This document shows, one piece after another, positions 47,466 through 60,500 of a stretch of DNA of 64,000 nt. The first letter of the stretch is position 1. Every line of letters begins with the position of its first letter. The translations under genes and the position numbers were made by a program. Source of the stretch: Novakomyces olei (Eukaryota). The DNA is taken from assembly GCA_016906335.1 (NCBI GenBank), contig JADEYG010000001.1, forward strand, positions 806,001 through 870,000, in the 5' to 3' direction. A model generated the notes under the pieces. The model did no database searches, was not told the DNA's origin, and saw only the letters and a list, made by a program, of their open reading frames with translations.

Positions 47466-50400
47466 TCACAATAGTATCGTCTCCAGCTCTTTACGTAGCG
47501 GTTGAGATAGCTCAGCTGCCCGCAATTCCTCCAGATCGTGAAGCAGTGCGTCTTTGTGCTCAGAAAATAGAGGCAAATGCCTTACCCAGGCCATATAAGC
47601 CCGTATAGCAGAAATTGCGGGTTCACGTACACTCTCAAACGATCGATCACTCGCATTATCGTATAGCAAACGCCATATAGTCTTGCATGCTTTATCACTC
47701 GGGACAAACCCTGGTTCCAGTTGTTTGAGTACGCGAGCCAACCCACGACAAACTGCCACGCGCAGACTCCACGGTGCTGCCACCCGAACTTGCTCGATAA
47801 GCCGGACATACTCGTCCAGTCGAGTAGGCACTATATTTCCGTCTGTCTTTAGCAAAAATAAATTTAACAATTAAAAAAAGAAAAATAAAAAGAAAAATAA
47901 AAAGAAAAATAAAAACAAAAGAAAAAAATAATAAAAAATAAAAGCAGCTTTGATTGTACCCTTATCTCGAGGCCTAAACGATGCAGACAAAAGGACGACT
48001 GCCTCTTGAGACATGTAATTTTTCCTAAACAATCAGCCATGCACCAATTTAAAAAGCATACATTGCCACTGAATCCCGCTCGTCGACATCGTCCACGTCC
48101 ATTTCGCTGTGCGGGTCCATGTACGGCTCAACGACAGCACAGACTTGCTCGAAAACGTTTATTTCCACAAACTCGTCAAGAACAGTACTCACGTGCTTAA
48201 AAGCAGAGCGCTTGTAGGGCACATTATTACGAGCAATTTCACGCAGACACGTCAGCGATACCTCATCAACAATTGGCCCAGAACTGCCACTACTGCCAGC
48301 TCTTACTTGATCCTTGCAAGCACAGACAAGGCGCGTGTAAGCTTGCAAAACCTGTTCCTTCCCCGTCCACGTTTTGCCCCTTAGAGCAGAGGCAAGGACG
48401 GCGTAGACACTGGGGAAATTCTCACTGCTTATTGTTCCGGCCATGTCTGACAGGGTGGCAGCGCACATCCTCCGCACGTCCCACGCAGAATCGCCAATAT
48501 GAGCCTGAACAAGGCTAAAAATCTCACTGAAATAGAGCTTAAAAGCTCCAGATCCGCCCGTATTATCCGACCAAATCTGAGAAAATTTAGCCCTGGCCGG
48601 CTCTGCGCTATCGTGCTTGGCAACAGCCACCAACGGCAGAGTCAGTGAAGCAAACCGGGCCACTTTGTCGCCCGCATTTGCGTAAAAAGCACGGTACAGT
48701 TCAGCCATACGTACTCTGGAGCTAGAATCTGTGGTGTCCGCACTCGCACTGGCAAAGTACTGCCGGGTCCAGTCCTGCAGCAGCAGCTGCACTGCCTCGT
48801 TATCCGCAAGGCGGCAGACACTCGCCAGTGCGTCTGCTGCTGCTCTCTGAACAACAGGGTTAGGGTTTTTACGATTAGCAGAGGCAAGAGCCGGCAGCAC
48901 GGCAGCGGCATAGGGCTTTAGCAGCAGCGGCTTGCGCACCACCAGAACAGTCACGAGACGGCAAGTGGCGATCTGAGTCGGCAGAGCCACTGCTTTACGC
49001 AGCTGAGCAATCACCTGCTGCACTACTGCCTCAAGGCCACTGGCTGAGTCTAAAAGACCAGCCAGTGACTCGATGCTGGCCATTGTAGGCGAGGCTCTGA
49101 CCCCGGCAGCCCGGCCGGCATCGACCTCGGCCGCAGACAGATTGTAAGTAGCAGTGTGAAAGGCGCTGACATAGTTCAGTACTGGAGACTCCTGCTCAGA
49201 GACAGCATCCAGCAGGGCATCAATCAGCCTTGGAATATGGGGTTTAACTGCTACTGCATTCGCTTTTTGTGACAACTGCACTACAGCATCAAGGGCAAAT
49301 GTACGTACTTCCTGAGCCGGTGCGTGTAGATGGTCGAGCAGGAAAGGCACCGCAATTTCCATGGCCCTCTGTGCTTCTTGCCGGTGGTTGGCAGTAGCCA
49401 GGGACTGATCAACAGTACGCACAATTGCCCCAGACAGCTGCTCACATAGAGGGATTGCGGCGCTTCTGATACTGTCTTTCACATCGTCGAGATCCCGGAA
49501 GGCCATCTGCCAAATCTGCTGCAGTTCCTCAATGTACATCCCGATCGGCCGGCCGAGTAAAAGGTCAGCCAATGCTCCAACACTGGCCTGCCTGACCCGC
49601 CATGAGCGGTCAACGATACCCGCCAGCACATCGTGCAGGACAGTGGTGAAATGCAGGGTCAGTGTGGCGGCAGCGTCGGGCACAATCACCTTGTAAATTG
49701 CATTCATACTCTTGGCAACGTTAGGGTTAGGGTCAAACCTGTACCTGAACAGGCGGCAGAGCAGGAGCCGCGACTGGGGCGAATCAGTGGCAAACATGTC
49801 AGTGTTGCCCAGTATACTGCCGAGACTAAAAGCAGCGCCCTTCCTGCCCTGCCATACGGCCGAGGCGGAGGCAATACTGAGGAACTGGTAAATTAGGTCC
49901 GGGTTACCCGTCTCTGAAGCCAGTAGGCAGATATCTCTATATGTCGCTACTGATCCAGGTTCTCCGTCACCGGACCCGCCTTCCGTGCCTGTTACCATAC
50001 TGCCAGGCTCAAACAGCTCTGTTTCCTGGCTGACCGACAGCTTTTGCGAGTCCTGGCCGGTAAAGGATCTAATAAGCCCACGAGTCAAGTCTGACTTGAG
50101 CTTGGAATCGCCCTGACGGTACACGAGGGAAAGGCCTCTGGAGGCTGCGTCCTGTACAAACTCATCGCGCTCTGTCAACAGCTGCATAAAGCAGTGGTAC
50201 ACTCGAGCTAAACTCGATTTGATTATACGCGTTTCTGAGCAGTATTGCAAAAGACATAGCAGCCAAATGGCTCCCGCCTTACGACTCGCCGGACGGGGGG
50301 AAGCAGCGTACTGCCTTGTCACCGTATCTAGCACTTTTTCTAGCCTCGAAGCTTGGATAGGTTTGTTGATATTTTTGTTGTCCTTTTCGTTGCCTTCAAC

Positions 50401-53400
50401 AGTGCTATTACTCACTTTTCTCTGCTTCCCATCCTCATTGCCCACACTGAGAGCGGCCGAGTCCCATCCGGCTGCGGCAATGGAAAGTGCTTCGCCTGAA
50501 GCAAAAATGGTGTCGACAGACGCAGAGTTGGCAAAATCGTACAGCAGAGCAAAGATAGCATCAATATCAGCCTGAGCAGCCAGGCTGCTCAGGCTCATTG
50601 TAGACGCACAGCGAATAGCAACCAGTCCAAGCTTTGCTGTCCTCGTTGAAGGCTGCCTGGCAATCCGCAAAACTTGCTCAAGCAGCTGTGTGAAAGAATA
50701 CTTTGCCAGTATCGATGCCGACAGTGCATCGTATGCGCAGATATAGCTCAGTGCTTTTAGTGCTGACTCTAAAAGCATATCTTGGGCTGTGAATATTGCC
50801 GACTCTATACGCTCAAAACCGTTGGCTACAGTTGGCTTTGGAATTGCTTCCAGACAAGATCGTGCATGGGCTCTTGCGATTATGTATCCAAAGCTCAACA
50901 GCAGTCCCTGCAAGACGCCACTCGCAGTCGAACCGCTTTCCTTGGCAGCCGTCAGTTTATCTGTCAGAGAAAGAGTGTACTCTGCCAGAATCTCGGGGGA
51001 GCTCGTCTCATCAGTCAAGGCAAGGGCGATAACAGAGGCACACGAGTCTTTGAAATCCGTACTGCCCCGACTGGCTGAGCGCTGCAGTAAATCTACCAGC
51101 GGAAGAAACTGTGCCGCTACCCCCGAGGGCCCGAGACGCATTACTTCGAGCGTATACTTGATTGCCATATCAAAGTCACACTCCAGTCCGTTGTAAAGCA
51201 TGGCCAAGTATTGCTCAAAGCCACGTGTAGCGACACCATCGCTCCACCAGTGCCGCATTGCTTGCTTTAGTGGCGCTTGGATGCCTTGATTAACGGCAAT
51301 AAGATCGTCAATACGGACCATGTAGTCCTCGCTCTCGAGCTGCACTTCGTAGTGGGAAAAGGCCAGCGAATTATTGATCAGACAATTGCGCATAAAGGTG
51401 AGTGTGTGTGGAGATTTGGCTACGGCACCGTCTCCCTGTTGGAAATAATGGGCAAGAAACTCGGAAAATTCGTAAAATAAGGGGTACTGCGCCGGACCGT
51501 TGCGGTCACGGATGCTGTTTGTATGATTGAACCAGTACAGGTCAAGTGATTTTTCTGCTTCTGTGGCCACTTGAGCAAAGGGCGAAGCAAAGGCCTCCAG
51601 GCACAGTACTCGTGCAGCCAGGTCGCGAAACTCAAAGGCCTGTACGACAAATTTAAGAGCCAAAAGAGTGCACGATCTGTCGCTGCCAGAAACGATGTAA
51701 GACTCCAGCAGCTTTTGTAAGCGCAGCCTGGGCTCAGGCTCAAGGTTGCGGTGAAGCTGGATCATGCTCGAGATACACTCTTCTATTGAAAGCCTTACAT
51801 TAGGAGACTCCCGCGCCATTTGTTGAAACAGATTGTCGACTATAGACGGATTGCTGCGAACTGCCTCGGGAGCTAGTTTCGCTAGAATCCCAAAACATGT
51901 ATAGTACAAGTTTTTTATAGGATCAGAAAACTCATGCACCCTCTCTAGCTCGGCATGGAGCTTTGCCAGCAAATCAGTGGCATCTCCGCTTGACAGAGAT
52001 TGATTGGCACCGAGACTCCGTAGTAGCTGCATAGTAGCATGACGCATTTTGGCAGACTCATCCTGCAAATGGTACACGACAAGTTTCACCGGAAAAGGCT
52101 TTAGCTTTGCGAATATCTTGCTCTTTGATAGTAAAGCCATTGCCTGTACTTGCACAGCTTCTTTAGCAGTGGATCTTTTTTGTTGAGGATCAATACTGCC
52201 TTGCTCGCCCTCCTCATCGTTAGGGTAACAAAACTCGTAGAGCTGCATTACAGTAGTCGCGTCCTCTAAATCGATTTTAGCGCTATGACGTAGCGCAGAT
52301 TCCGCAATGCTCCTTACATCGGGAGCAGCATCAAAACTGGCGACAAAAACCACAGCCCATCGCTCCTCATTTGTAAATACATCTGTAAGAATAAAGGACA
52401 AGCACGCTTTTTTGGCCTGATCAAGCGTGACCCCAAAGTATGTTTGATCAGCTCCTGGTGCTACAACTTGAGCAGCCGCCATTGAAAGGCCTTGGTAAGT
52501 TTGCCGGAGACCGGTTTCACCTGTTGTCAGTTCAGGGCCAGAATTTTGACGTCCGGGTGCTCGCTGAGAGCTTAATAGACGGTCCACGCCTTGAAGTTCC
52601 TGAGCCCGTGGCCTTATGGGCATGGAGTACAACATAAGATCCAAGAAAACATCGCCTAATTGCTCCGATACGTCAGGGTTATTTGTAAACCCAAATTTCT
52701 GCCGTGTAAGCTCGGGGCGTGGAGTTATGCGCGACCATGAGTAGACTAGTTTGACGAGGATTCGAAACAGCAACGGCTGATGAATTTCCTCACACGCACT
52801 ATAACTTGCACTCAGCTGCGGGAGGTACTCGACAAGATTCTGATCATTAGGGTAAGACGAGACAAATTGAAGGCAGGACATGAATGTGTTATGAACAGTT
52901 CAAAACCTATCCTCGTCCAAAAAAGAATAATTGAGAAACTGAACTAAGACCGAAAATAAAACTAAAAAAGAATGAATTAAAAAAAATAAAATAAATAAAT
53001 AAATAATAAACAAAGTGCAATACAAGCCTACAGTCACATCATCGCGCCCGATACAGATGGCCAAATATTGCAGTGCAAACGTCTTTGTCAGCGCTGTCTG
53101 AGCACGTTCTGTAAATAGCTTCAGCAACTCGGTGAAGGGAAGCACGATTGTTGTTCCTTTGACGCGTTGCGACACGTGGTTGGATATATCCACAACCTAC
53201 AACGGTCAGCAGCAACGCAGATAAACCAAGATAAAATCACCTTTTGCCGGACGGCTTCGTTAGGACTCTATAAAGTATTAGCCTCATTATTGTAAATGTC
53301 AGAGCAGCTTACATCGAGTTTCAACAGGATTGGCGCAAGGTATACCGATAAGGTCTTTTCGAGTTTACTTTCCTTATCGGCGAGCGCAATTTTGAACTCG

Positions 53401-53485
53401 GCTGCATTCAGTCTATGAATTAGATTCTCCGCTAAAACCACGATATGTAAAAGGCCGTTTACAGTTTGAGTTCCGCTTCCGCCAT
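47466..53485 (-). CDS. ECM29: Proteasome-associated HEAT-repeat adaptor Ecm29, 7 exons (introns 53413-53462, 53268-53312, 53197-53240, 52840-53031, 48025-48061, ~47831/47843-47959)
   Basis: N-terminal YLAPILLKL.SP...VR.KV; EFVQDAASRGLSLVY, TYRDICLLASE.GNPDLIYQF, RLFRYRFDPNPNV, WRVRQAS, FRDLDDVKDSIR, GKTWTGKE. Confidence 0.93.
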
Positions 53486-53851
53486 TGCCGGAACTGCCTT
53501 GATGCTGCCGCGTGGACAGACGCGTGTGCAGCTTGCGTAAGTGGTATCTGCCTGCACATGACTGTAATCATAAAAATACTAAATAGACTACGTAATTCTC
53601 CTAATTTGCTATACTATTTGGGTAAGCGTGATGATTATGATGGAATAATGTATGGAGCGACAACGGGTCTGCTGATCATTAGACTGAAAAATTAATAAAT
53701 AAAATAATAAATAATAAATAAAAAATAATAAATAATAAATAATAAATAATAAATAATAAATAATAAATAAAAAATAATAAATTAATTAATTAATTAATTA
53801 ATTAATAAAATATTAATAAAACAATAATCATCAAAGGACCGGTTAATGTAG

Positions 53852-55604
53852 ATGAGAGGCCCTCGTCCACCGGTCTTTGGACTGGCGCAAAGACTATGCG
53901 CGAGTCTTTGCGGACGCAAGCGTGCGTATACGTCTGTATCAAAACCTTTCATTGCCAGCACACCAATCTTCTATGTCAATGGCAGTCCGCACTTGGGTCA
54001 TTTGCATACGCTTGTGCTGACAGATACGATAACACGGTTCCAGCGTCTCTTGGGCAGGGACGCTTTGCTCTGTACGGGCACTGACGAGCACGGGCTTAAA
54101 GTACAAAGAGCTGCGGAAAAAGCTCACCTTGATCCGCAACAGTTTTGCGATATAAAAAGCCAAACTTTCCGTGATTTGGCGCCGATGGCCGGAGTGCATC
54201 CAGACATGTTTGTGCGTACAACAGACGCGGATCATGTGGCAGCAGTGCAGGAATTTTGGCGTCGGCTTGTCAGTTCGGGCTACGTTTACAAGGGCCTCCA
54301 TGAAGGGTGGTACTCGATTGATGACGAGACTTTTTTCCCGGCCAATGGGATAGAGCCGCGAGTGCAATCAGATGGATCAACAAAGATGGCGGCCATAGAA
54401 ACCGGGTCAGTAGTGGAATGGACAACTGAAGAAAACTATCAATTTCGTTTAACCTCGTTCCGCGATGAGCTTTTACGACTATACGAAGAACAGCCTGACT
54501 TTCTTGTCCCCACAGAGTACCGTAATCAGATCGTTGATCACTTGAAACACTCGCTACGTGATCTCAGTCTTTCACGGCCACGGTCGCGGCTCACGTGGGG
54601 CATAGCGGTCCCCGATGATCCTTCACATACAATCTATGTTTGGCTAGATGCGCTTATTAATTACATCACAAAGTGCGGCTTCCCTTGGGCTACTGCAGAG
54701 GACATGCAAAGAGGCGGCTGGCCCATGGATGTTCATGTGATTGGCAAGGATATTACCCGGTAGGATTATATGCATATTTACGTTTATTTGCCAACGCGTA
54801 TTAACACCCAGATTCCACGCTATCTATTGGCCCGCATTCTTAATGGCCACGGGTATCCCGTTGCCAAAGCAAATAGTAGGACATGCTCACTGGACAATGG
54901 AAGGCATGAAGATGTCAAAATCGCGGGGCAACGTTGTTGATCCTGTGGAAATTCTTCACGAGCACGGAATAGATCTGGTCCGATACTACTTGATGCGCGA
55001 TGGCCGTTTATCCGCTGACTCGGATTTTTTACCCTCGAAACTAGGTCTCTATTACAATCAGCTACGCTCGCAAATGGGCAATCTACTGCAGAGAATCTTG
55101 TCTAAACGGCTTTGCTCTGAGCATGCACAGATCGTGGCGGCTTTGGCTTCCCAGCCGAACTTTGATGCTCAAGATAAAGAGTTTGCTGCTAAAATTGATA
55201 CACTATCCAAAGCAGTTCCCGCACTTGTAGCAAAGTATGATATCTCTGGGTACCTGGACAATGTTGCCGACCTTGTTTCAGAGGCCAACAAGTACGTGCA
55301 AGCTCAAGCTCCCTGGGCTATTGCAAAAGCTTTGCGGAATAGTGCATCGCAAACGGAGGCCGGTGAACAAATGTCAGAGCGCGAACAGAGACTAAACAGA
55401 ATAATTTATCTGGCTATGGAGGCCACAAGAATCGCTGCCATCTTGCTCATTCCTGTTATGCCTTCAAAGTCAAACGAAGCTCTGGACTGGCTCGGTGTTT
55501 CACCTGCACAAAGGTCGTATGCTTATGCTCATGTCGGCGACGACAATTCATACGGCCATTTGACTCCCCCTAAAGATACCCTTTTTCCTGAAAAATATGT
55601 TTAA
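53852..55604 (+). CDS. MSM1: Mitochondrial methionyl-tRNA synthetase, 2 exons (53852-54759, 54812-55604)
   Basis: Presequence; TPIFYVNGSPHLGH (HIGH), TGTDEHG, YVWLDALINY, IGKDITR|FHAIYWPAFL, KMSKS. Confidence 0.96.
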
Positions 55605-55631
55605 ACGCTTTTATTAATTTTTATTATATCT

Positions 55632-57143
55632 TTATACAGTGGCAAAAGCAGAGTCAAATTGTAGTAATGTTGACTCTAACGAAGCAAGATTCACAAGAAC
55701 CGCCTGCTTTGTTTCTTTGAAACGTGGCACCATAATCAAGCGGCAAACTTGACCATCACCTCCGTTTACCAGTGTCGTTCCGTATTCTTTTTGATTGCCG
55801 ATAAAATAGACATGGGGAAGCGTTTCCAGTACAAAGGGGTCCCTGTCAGGGAAGGGATAGCAATCTGTAAATTAGTATGAATTATAGAAAATAACAAGTG
55901 GATGAATAAGTACAAAATACGTAGCAAGCACTTACAAAGGGTATCAGGAGCAGTGGGGGCAATATGCCGCCAGCGTAGAGTATTATCCATCATTTCCAAG
56001 CGATCAGATCCAGCCACGTATCTGAAAATATCATCAATATTCTGTCCCGAGGTCCCCAAGATGCTCACGCCACCAGCTTTCCACCGACATGGATTTGTAG
56101 TGCTTGTAAACGCAGACCCGTGGAACATGTGAGCAACAGGGGTGAGCGACGAATGTAGTGGCTGTTGAGGCAGTGCAATATTTGTGGGATCGTGCTCCCC
56201 GGGCATAATGTCCACAGAAATGCTGGGGAGTATACTCTCCAGGAAAGTGTCAAGTACAAGAGACGGTTTTGCGTTGTAACTTAAAGAATCGTACCCGTAC
56301 TTTTTCGATTTCCGGGGGGCTTCCACCGTGGAGATATTTACAGAGTCTCCGGCAAATATGACTTTGGATATTTGTGAAATGGCCTCCTCGTTTCCCAGTT
56401 CGCCAGTCAAATAGGAGCTGAGCAAGCTCAGTTCCAAATCATCGGTACCGTCACCAGATATATCCAGTCCGCTAACGAGTAAAACACTTTGGCCCACTGA
56501 AGTATTGCTGTTCCCACCCGTCTCTGTCTGGGTTTGCGTCTCCTCTTTTTGATCGGTTCCAATATCATCCTGAGGCGGATAGTCCGCAAAACAGATATCG
56601 ACCACGTGAAACTCTCCAGCCTCTGTTTCACTTCCCAGCACGGCACATACAACGCCAGTAACTAAACGACCCTCATCCACAATATTGCCCGTAAGCCGTA
56701 CTCGTCCGGAATCGTCTTCCAGGACAATAGTATCGTTGCCGGGAGAACAGTACTTGTCTTGCGGGGGCGGCATTGTGATTGATTGCTATAGGGAAAATTA
56801 GATAAAAATCCGTAAAAAGATTTACAGATAAATATACAAAACTTGTGTCAAACGCAAGATATACCTCGTTGGCCAAATCTTTCAAGACGTTTGGCTTCAG
56901 AATCATGTCGCAGTACAGCGTGCCTGTGACCCAGCACAGATTGCCTTGCCGCACATCTAGAACGCGATCCACTGGACTCGCGTCCGGTAATGAAGACCAT
57001 CGAGCATGAGCCGCGATGTTTGTGGCCTTTTGCAGTTTCGCAAGCCTTACATAATATATATTTGCATACTGCTGTGTAAACGATCGGTTTTTGGAGACGT
57101 ACTCGTCCGAGACGCTCCAATTAACGCGTTCGCGTCGCGTCAT
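55632..57143 (-). CDS. POL31: DNA polymerase delta small (B) subunit, 3 exons (57143-56865, 56785-55936, 55864-55632)
   Basis: QQYANIYYVRL, LEDDSGRVRL, IMPGEHDPTN.ALPQQPLH, GTSGQNIDDI, WRHIAPTAPDTL|YCYP. Confidence 0.95.
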
Positions 57144-57314
57144 TATGCGGTAGGTGCTGTCGCGTTGGCAATTATATTATTCATACGCTAATCATGTGGA
57201 GTCCATACTATAATTATATTAATTTGAAATAAACCCTAGACTCGTTAGCCATGTTACCACAACTGATACTCATTACTCGCTCTATGATTACATATCACTA
57301 AATTATATATCCAC

Positions 57315-57326
57315 AGGGTTAGGGTT
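57315..57326 (-). promoter_or_regulatory. AACCCTAACCCT box (telomere-like repeat) upstream of POL31
   Basis: AGGGTTAGGGTT on the + strand about 170 nt upstream of the ATG, with a second AAACCCTA at 57231. Confidence 0.45.
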
Positions 57327-57526
57327 AATCGACCTATCTAATAAATTAACTTGCTCTTAACAAGCCTTATACCAACGACATGGTCCATAAAACTTGTATA
57401 TAATAGCAAAGTTTGTCGTCGGTTCTAATGAATGACCTTACAAGACGCATATTTAAAACTGCTGTTCACTGTATTCGTATTACACGCGTTAAAGTTTTAT
57501 ACACAAAATCTGTCTAAATCTACAAA

Positions 57527-60500
57527 TCATTTCCACGTCTGTGATCCTGAAAGGCAATCAATAAGATCCTCGTCGCGAACCATTTCGCCTACAGCCGAGA
57601 CTGTATCCTTTCCCAATACCAGTTGTTTATCCAGCCGTTCCGTATCATTTGCATTGTTTCTTTTATTTTCCGATATTTCTAGTATTTTTGACTCTACCGT
57701 ATCCGCCACAACATACACCCAAACGTTTGTCTCCCGTGACTGGCCGATTCGGTGGACGCGAGAGACGGCTTGGCTCTCAATCGCAGGGTGGAGTAGCGGC
57801 TCACAGAGAAACACGTTTGTTGCGTTTACCAATGTGAGCCCAGACCTAGGATTAGTGACTCATTGATCTCAATTATACACATAAACAAGACAATAAAGAC
57901 AATAATGAAAAAAGAAAGAAAGAAATGAAATGACATGAAATTAATTAAATTACTATGAAAATAAAAATGGTAAGCCTCAAAAAAATAATGTAACATTAAA
58001 TTTCCTCCTTTGTCTTTTCATTTTCTGACTTACGATTGCGATATGCCATTCAATAGCAATACCTCAATGCGAGGCGTGGTCTTGAAAAGCGCAACTGGAT
58101 CCTGAGCCTTGGCTGAAGAGGAAAAGCTTTCAAACCTCAAGCTCTCTAATCCATTAGCCTTGAGACTATGCTGAATCAATGTTGAAACGCCCGGCCATTG
58201 AGAGTAGATAATGCTCTTTGGATTATCTTCAAGAGTACGCAAATAAAGCAAATGGGCGACGAGAGAGTCAATCTTTGATCCATAAGACACTTTGATCTGG
58301 ATCTTTCTTATCGCCTCCAACATCTCAGGGCTGGGCGTTGTGTATGAGTGAGGGCGGCTATTAGAACTTTCAGATGTGCCATTTGCTCTTGTGACTTCCA
58401 GTCGAAGAGTAATCCTGTGAATATCCGCATGACTCAATACTCTTTTGCAAGAAGGGCAATTATGATGCTGACGGAACCAAAGACGGAAGCACTCTGTACA
58501 ATAAACGTGACCACAGGTTGTTATAAGGCCGCGCTTAAATACTTCTTGACAAATAATACAGATCCTAGATGCGTTATTGCTGTCTGATTCGTTTAGATGA
58601 CGCAGATATCGGAGCCTTGATTCTAATTGGCGAATCTGGCCAGAAGCGTTTTGTTCACGCTGGCAGTTTTGTTTTAAACGTTGCCTCAAAATATCGTCAG
58701 CTGTCGCCTCCTCTGTATCCTCCGGAACGCGTTCTAATAAGGTATCTGAAATTTCTTGAAGCTGACGATAATATTCCAAACGCTCATTATAAATTTGACG
58801 GTACAACTCGATTTCTTTTTCCAATTCTTGAATTGCTCTGCTCTGATCTAAATAAGCTTTTTGCATTCGATTCAGTTCGGTTTGAGCAATAGCTCGATCC
58901 TCCTCGCGAACTCCATCCTTTGCGACTCTACGAAGATCTGTCAGTATAGACTTTAGTGAGCCCGTTTTGTCTGTAGACGGACGCGTGCGCAGACGGGTGT
59001 CTGTCAGTTCTTGCACTAAAAGACCGAGATCAATTTGATCGGGTTTCGCCTCTTCATTATTGGGCTCAGGCTCGGATTCTCCAGTGGCAGTTTCATCCAC
59101 TGCAGAAACTGCTTTTGAGCCATCCTTTGGCAAAGAACTTTCTGCTGCACTACTATTTGGCTCATGGGCAGGCTTGCCGTCCGCAATCAAAGGATTGTTT
59201 CGAGACTTGTCAGCCAAAGAATCGGAATCTACACGATTCTCTTCGGACTTTTTCGCTCTATTTTTCTTCTTTCTCTCCTCGGGCGGTTCAATATTGCTTT
59301 CCCTGTACAAACTTGCCAAGAGCGCTCGTTTGATGTCTCCCTCCACGAGCATACTCATTTGCCCCGTTACTGCCATCGATCTGTCCGCAACCATTTGCCG
59401 TAAAGCCTCCTGGTAAAAAAAGGCAATCTCTTGTGCATCAAGCGACTGAGCGTACTCCTCCCCGCTGGGATCCCAGTCCCGATCGACCAGGTTTGTAAGC
59501 AAAAGCTGGATAATCTTCTCCCTCCATTCATCGAGAACGTTGGCCTGATTATTCAAGCATTCAGAGAGGACTTCGAGCCTTTCCAGGTACCGCCTAGACT
59601 GAATTCCGCCCGTGAATTTAGGGTACTTTATCTCGGGTATCTCTACGAAATCTTGCTTGTCTGCAGACTGGCGTAAATCCGACATCATCTCTACTGCACG
59701 TCTTTCCGCTTGTTTAAGGATGATTCTTCTATCGTTCTGGGCCTGTTGGTAGTACTCTTCTTCCTGCTGCTCATTTCCCAGATTGAAATGAATACTGCCC
59801 GTGTAAAAATTCAGTTTGTGTTGCAACAGCATCCACAATCGCGCCCTACGAAAATCTTTTGCCTCTCCACTATTGTTGTTGCCATTACTAATATTATCGT
59901 CGAGAGACTGCCTGTTTGCATATTCACGAATTTCCGAGCCCACAGAGTCTACAGCTGCAAGAGCCTTTTCGTGTTCTTTCAGATGGTCATGGATCCAAGC
60001 ACGTTCGAGAACAAGAGCGTATCTCTGCCTCTTTGCGTTATCAAGAAGGCCCTGTGTTTGATCGGTCATTGTCTGCATGACTTCAGCAAGTGTACGCAAG
60101 CTGCCACCGCCTAGAGTCCGGCTGTTTTGCATTCCAATCTGAGGGTGGCAGCAGATTTGACGGAGTCTCAAGAACCAGGACCTTAGCTTTTCCAGCACAT
60201 TGGGGACACGTTCATCTAAGCCAGGAATACACGATAAATCAAGCGGCTTTGACCCGTCTACTACAGCTTCAATACTGGCTTCTTCAACGCCCATTCCCAT
60301 CAGCATTGACCGTAGAGTATCGAGGTAGTTTTGCTGTTCAATCGGAGTAAAATTGATACTGACTACATATTTATTCTGACGCGGGAGCGATAGGTCTTGC
60401 AAAACATCATTTTTTGAGTTTCTGCAAGCTATTTGATGGAACAATGTCTTTAGCGCTAAAGAATCAGGCCGTAAATTGCCCTGTGCAGACCCGACAAGCC

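Noticed and set aside
48855-49735. TTAGGG doublets resembling interstitial telomere repeats
   Set aside because: They lie inside the ECM29 CDS and encode Asn-Pro-Asn-Pro on the - strand.
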